A DNA stretch of 63,409 bases, filler included, from Octopus bimaculoides (taxonomy: Eukaryota), in NCBI RefSeq assembly GCF_001194135.2. It is 6 parts of 5 records of this genome, joined end to end, with 100 filler letters (N's around TTAATTAATTAA, not from the genome) between each part and the next. Parts side by side here need not be neighbours in the genome. Positions count along the whole stretch, not along the records: positions 52,946 to 61,405 come from NC_068984.1; positions 61,506 to 63,409 come from NW_026362100.1; 4 more parts are not named here. One strand, given 5' to 3'. Position numbers and translations under genes: made by a program. This document shows, in pieces, positions 61,030 to 63,409 of this stretch. The notes under the pieces were generated by a model that was not told the DNA's origin, searched no databases, and saw nothing but the letters and a program-made list of their open reading frames with translations. How positions within the stretch are numbered: position 1 is the stretch's first letter; each line of letters opens with the position of its first letter.

Positions 61030-61405
61030 TTGGAGAGGTATGAGCAAGTGCGGCAGCGTGGACGGGAGCAGGGAAACGAGCCGGGTTGGAAGGTTGGGTT
61101 AGGGAAGAAACTGTGGACTAAGAGGTCTCGTAGGTTGTGGGCTCATTTGAAGGAGAGGAGGGGTCGGTTAGGGAAGATATGCGAAGTGGAGGAGCCGGAC
61201 TGGAGTTGCCGGAAGGCTCGGAGAATGGTACGTTGGGGAGGTAGGGTGGTGGGGTGGTAGGTGAGGGGAAACTGGAGACGAGTTACGGCGGGGAGGGTTG
61301 TGGGGGGAGGAGCAGATGTACGGTCCACGGAACGTGCTCTGGCAAGGGCGGTGTGGATAGTGGTGAGGGGATATCCACGTAGGATGAAATGGCGAGCCAT
61401 GAGTT
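61030..61405 (-). mobile_element. Penelope-like element fragment (RT C-terminus, linker and Cys motif)
   Basis: RHFILRGYP..TIHTALARAR...PLTYHP...LRAFRQLQ...IFPNRPLLSFK*AHNLRDLLVHS...GSFPCSRPRCRTC. Confidence 0.85.
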
Positions 61406-61505
61406 NNNNNNNNNNNNNNNNNNNNNNNNNNNNNNNNNNNNNNNNNNNNTTAATTAATTAANNNNNNNNNNNNNNNNNNNNNNNNNNNNNNNNNNNNNNN
61501 NNNNN
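61406..61505. other. Artificial spacer N44-TTAATTAATTAA-N44
   Basis: Same as 16970-17069. Confidence 0.95.
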
Positions 61506-61514
61506 TACATACAC

Positions 61515-61545
<31 letters not shown>

Positions 61546-61949
61546 CATATGTATAAAGAGAAGCATACATATACACACATACATACATGCACACGAACAT
61601 ACACATATGCGTAAACACAAATATACGTACACACATACATACATAAACACATACACATAGACACATGTAAAATACTCGCTTAAAAGCCCATTTTTCTTAT
61701 TTACGCATAGTTTTACCTGTTAAAGGTAAAACTCTGTCGTATGAATGTCAGTGAAACAAGAAGAAAATAATGAAGAGATGATAGTAAAGAACAATAGCAA
61801 GTGGAATATTAATCTTACATTGAAAATGTCACAAAAAAAAGATCAACCGCCATTTTAGGAGACGATGCTTAGCGTCAACAATAGGAAAAAACAACACGCA
61901 AACACCGTAAAAACAACATATATAAAAATACAGCAATTATTTAGGTTCA

Positions 61950-63367
61950 CTAAGAACTGTTTAATGTATTACAGTTTTTGATGTTAGAATTATTGTTGTT
62001 GTAGTTGTTGTGATTCTGGCTGTAATTGTCGACGCTATAAGTTGTTGTTGTTGTTGTTGTCGCTGTTGTTATTGTTATTGTTGTTATAGATGTTGTTAAT
62101 GCTAAAGTCGTTGTTGTAATTGTTGTTGTATTTGTTACAACTGTCACTTTTGTTGCCATAAAGGTTATTTTTATATTTTTGCTATTTTTGTTGTTATGAT
62201 TGTTATAATTTTGTTGTTGTCGTCATTGCGGTTATAATTGCTATTGTTATTGTGATTATTATTGATGTTGATATTATTGTTGTTATTGTTATTATTGCTA
62301 TCACCATTGTTATTGTTATTGTGTTTATTATTGCTTTCGATATTGTTGTTGTTANNNNNNNNNNNNNNNNNNNNNNNNNNNNNNNNNNNNNNNNNNNNNN
62401 NNNNNNNNNNNNNNNNNNNNNNNNNNNNNNNNNNNNNNNNNNNNNNNNNNNNNNNNNNNNNNNNNNNNNNNNNNNNNNNNNNNNNNNNNNNNNNNNNNNN
62501 NNNNNNNNNNNNNNNNNNNNNNNNNNNNNNNNNNNNNNNNNNNNNNNNNNNNNNNNNNNNNNNNNNNNNNNNNNNNNNNNNNNNNNNNNNNNNNNNNNNN
62601 NNNNNNNNNNNNNNNNNNNNNNNNNNNNNNNNNNNNNNNNNNNNNNNNNNNNNNNNNNNNNNNNNNNNNNNNNNNNNNNNNNNNNNNNNNNNNNNNNNNN
62701 NNNNNNNNNNNNNNNNNNNNNNNNNNNNNNNNNNNNNNNNNNNNNNNNNNNNNNNNNNNNNATCATTATTGTTGTTGTTATTGTAGTTATTATTACTATC
62801 ATTATTGTTGTTGTTATTGTAGTTATTATTACTATCATTATTGTTGTTATTATTGTTGTTATTATTGCTATCATTATTGTTGTTGTTATTGTAGTTATTA
62901 TTACTATCATTATTGTTGTTGTTATTGTAGTTATTGTTACTATCATTATTGTTGTTATTATTGTTGTTATTATTGCTATCATTATTGTTGTTGTTATTGT
63001 GTCTATTATTGCTATTGTTATAATCTTGTTATTGTTTTTGTTATAGTTGTTGTTATCATTTTTGTTGTTGTTATTTTTCCTCATAGTTGTTATTATTGTT
63101 GTTATGATTATTATTGCTGTTATTACTTGTATTATTGTTATTATTGTTGTAATAGTCGTCATGTTATTATAGGGTTTGTTGTTTTACTTGTTGTTATTGT
63201 AGTTGTTGTTGTTATAAATGTTATTGTTGTTGCTGTACTACTTGTTACAGATGTTACTGTTATAATAGTAGTAGCAGCAACAGCAGCAGTAACAGTAGTA
63301 GTAATAGTAGTAGTTGTAGTAATAGTAGTAGGAGGAGTAGAGGTAGGAGTAGTAGTACCAGTAGCAC

Positions 63368-63403
<36 letters not shown>

Positions 63404-63409
63404 TAGTAG
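61950..63409. repeat. Degenerate trinucleotide (GTT/ATT/GTA/GCA) low-complexity region
   Basis: Direct reading. Confidence 0.9.
62762..63013. repeat. 36-bp minisatellite (7 units) with 108-bp higher-order period
   Basis: Unit A atcattattgttgttgttattgtagttattattact and unit B atcattattgttgttattattgttgttattattgct, ordered A A B A A' B A''. Confidence 0.9.

Overview
This is repeat-saturated, AT-rich eukaryotic DNA with very dense di-, tri- and tetranucleotide microsatellites and many N gaps. The SINE families and microsatellite load look like an Octopus-type cephalopod genome (inference). The window is not contiguous: five identical 100-bp artificial spacers (N44-TTAATTAATTAA-N44) join six independent scaffolds (1-16969, 17070-28701, 28802-45215, 45316-52845, 52946-61405, 61506-63409). 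I found no confident host protein-coding gene, rRNA, functional tRNA or CRISPR array. All recognisable coding fragments are decayed transposons: mariner, DD37D maT, Helitron helicase, Penelope-like elements (RT and GIY-YIG), RLE-type R4/NeSL-like LINEs, Tx1/L1-like, CR1-like and RTE LINEs. There are also at least four tRNA-derived SINE families and several MITEs. The most interesting signals are: (i) hammerhead-ribozyme motifs from several unrelated short-element families, including one with a complete catalytic core (43147-43200, minus), a CUGUUGA core variant shared by two copies, and a hammerhead module fused to a tRNA-like Pol III head that flanks a Penelope ORF in inverted orientation; (ii) an old mirror-image inverted duplication with near-invariant islands (1224-8893); (iii) an 866-bp permuted foldback insertion flanked by 17-bp direct repeats. 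Long ORFs in the supplied track are microsatellite or N-gap artefacts. Repeat boundaries are read by eye and are approximate unless a terminus or TSD is quoted.
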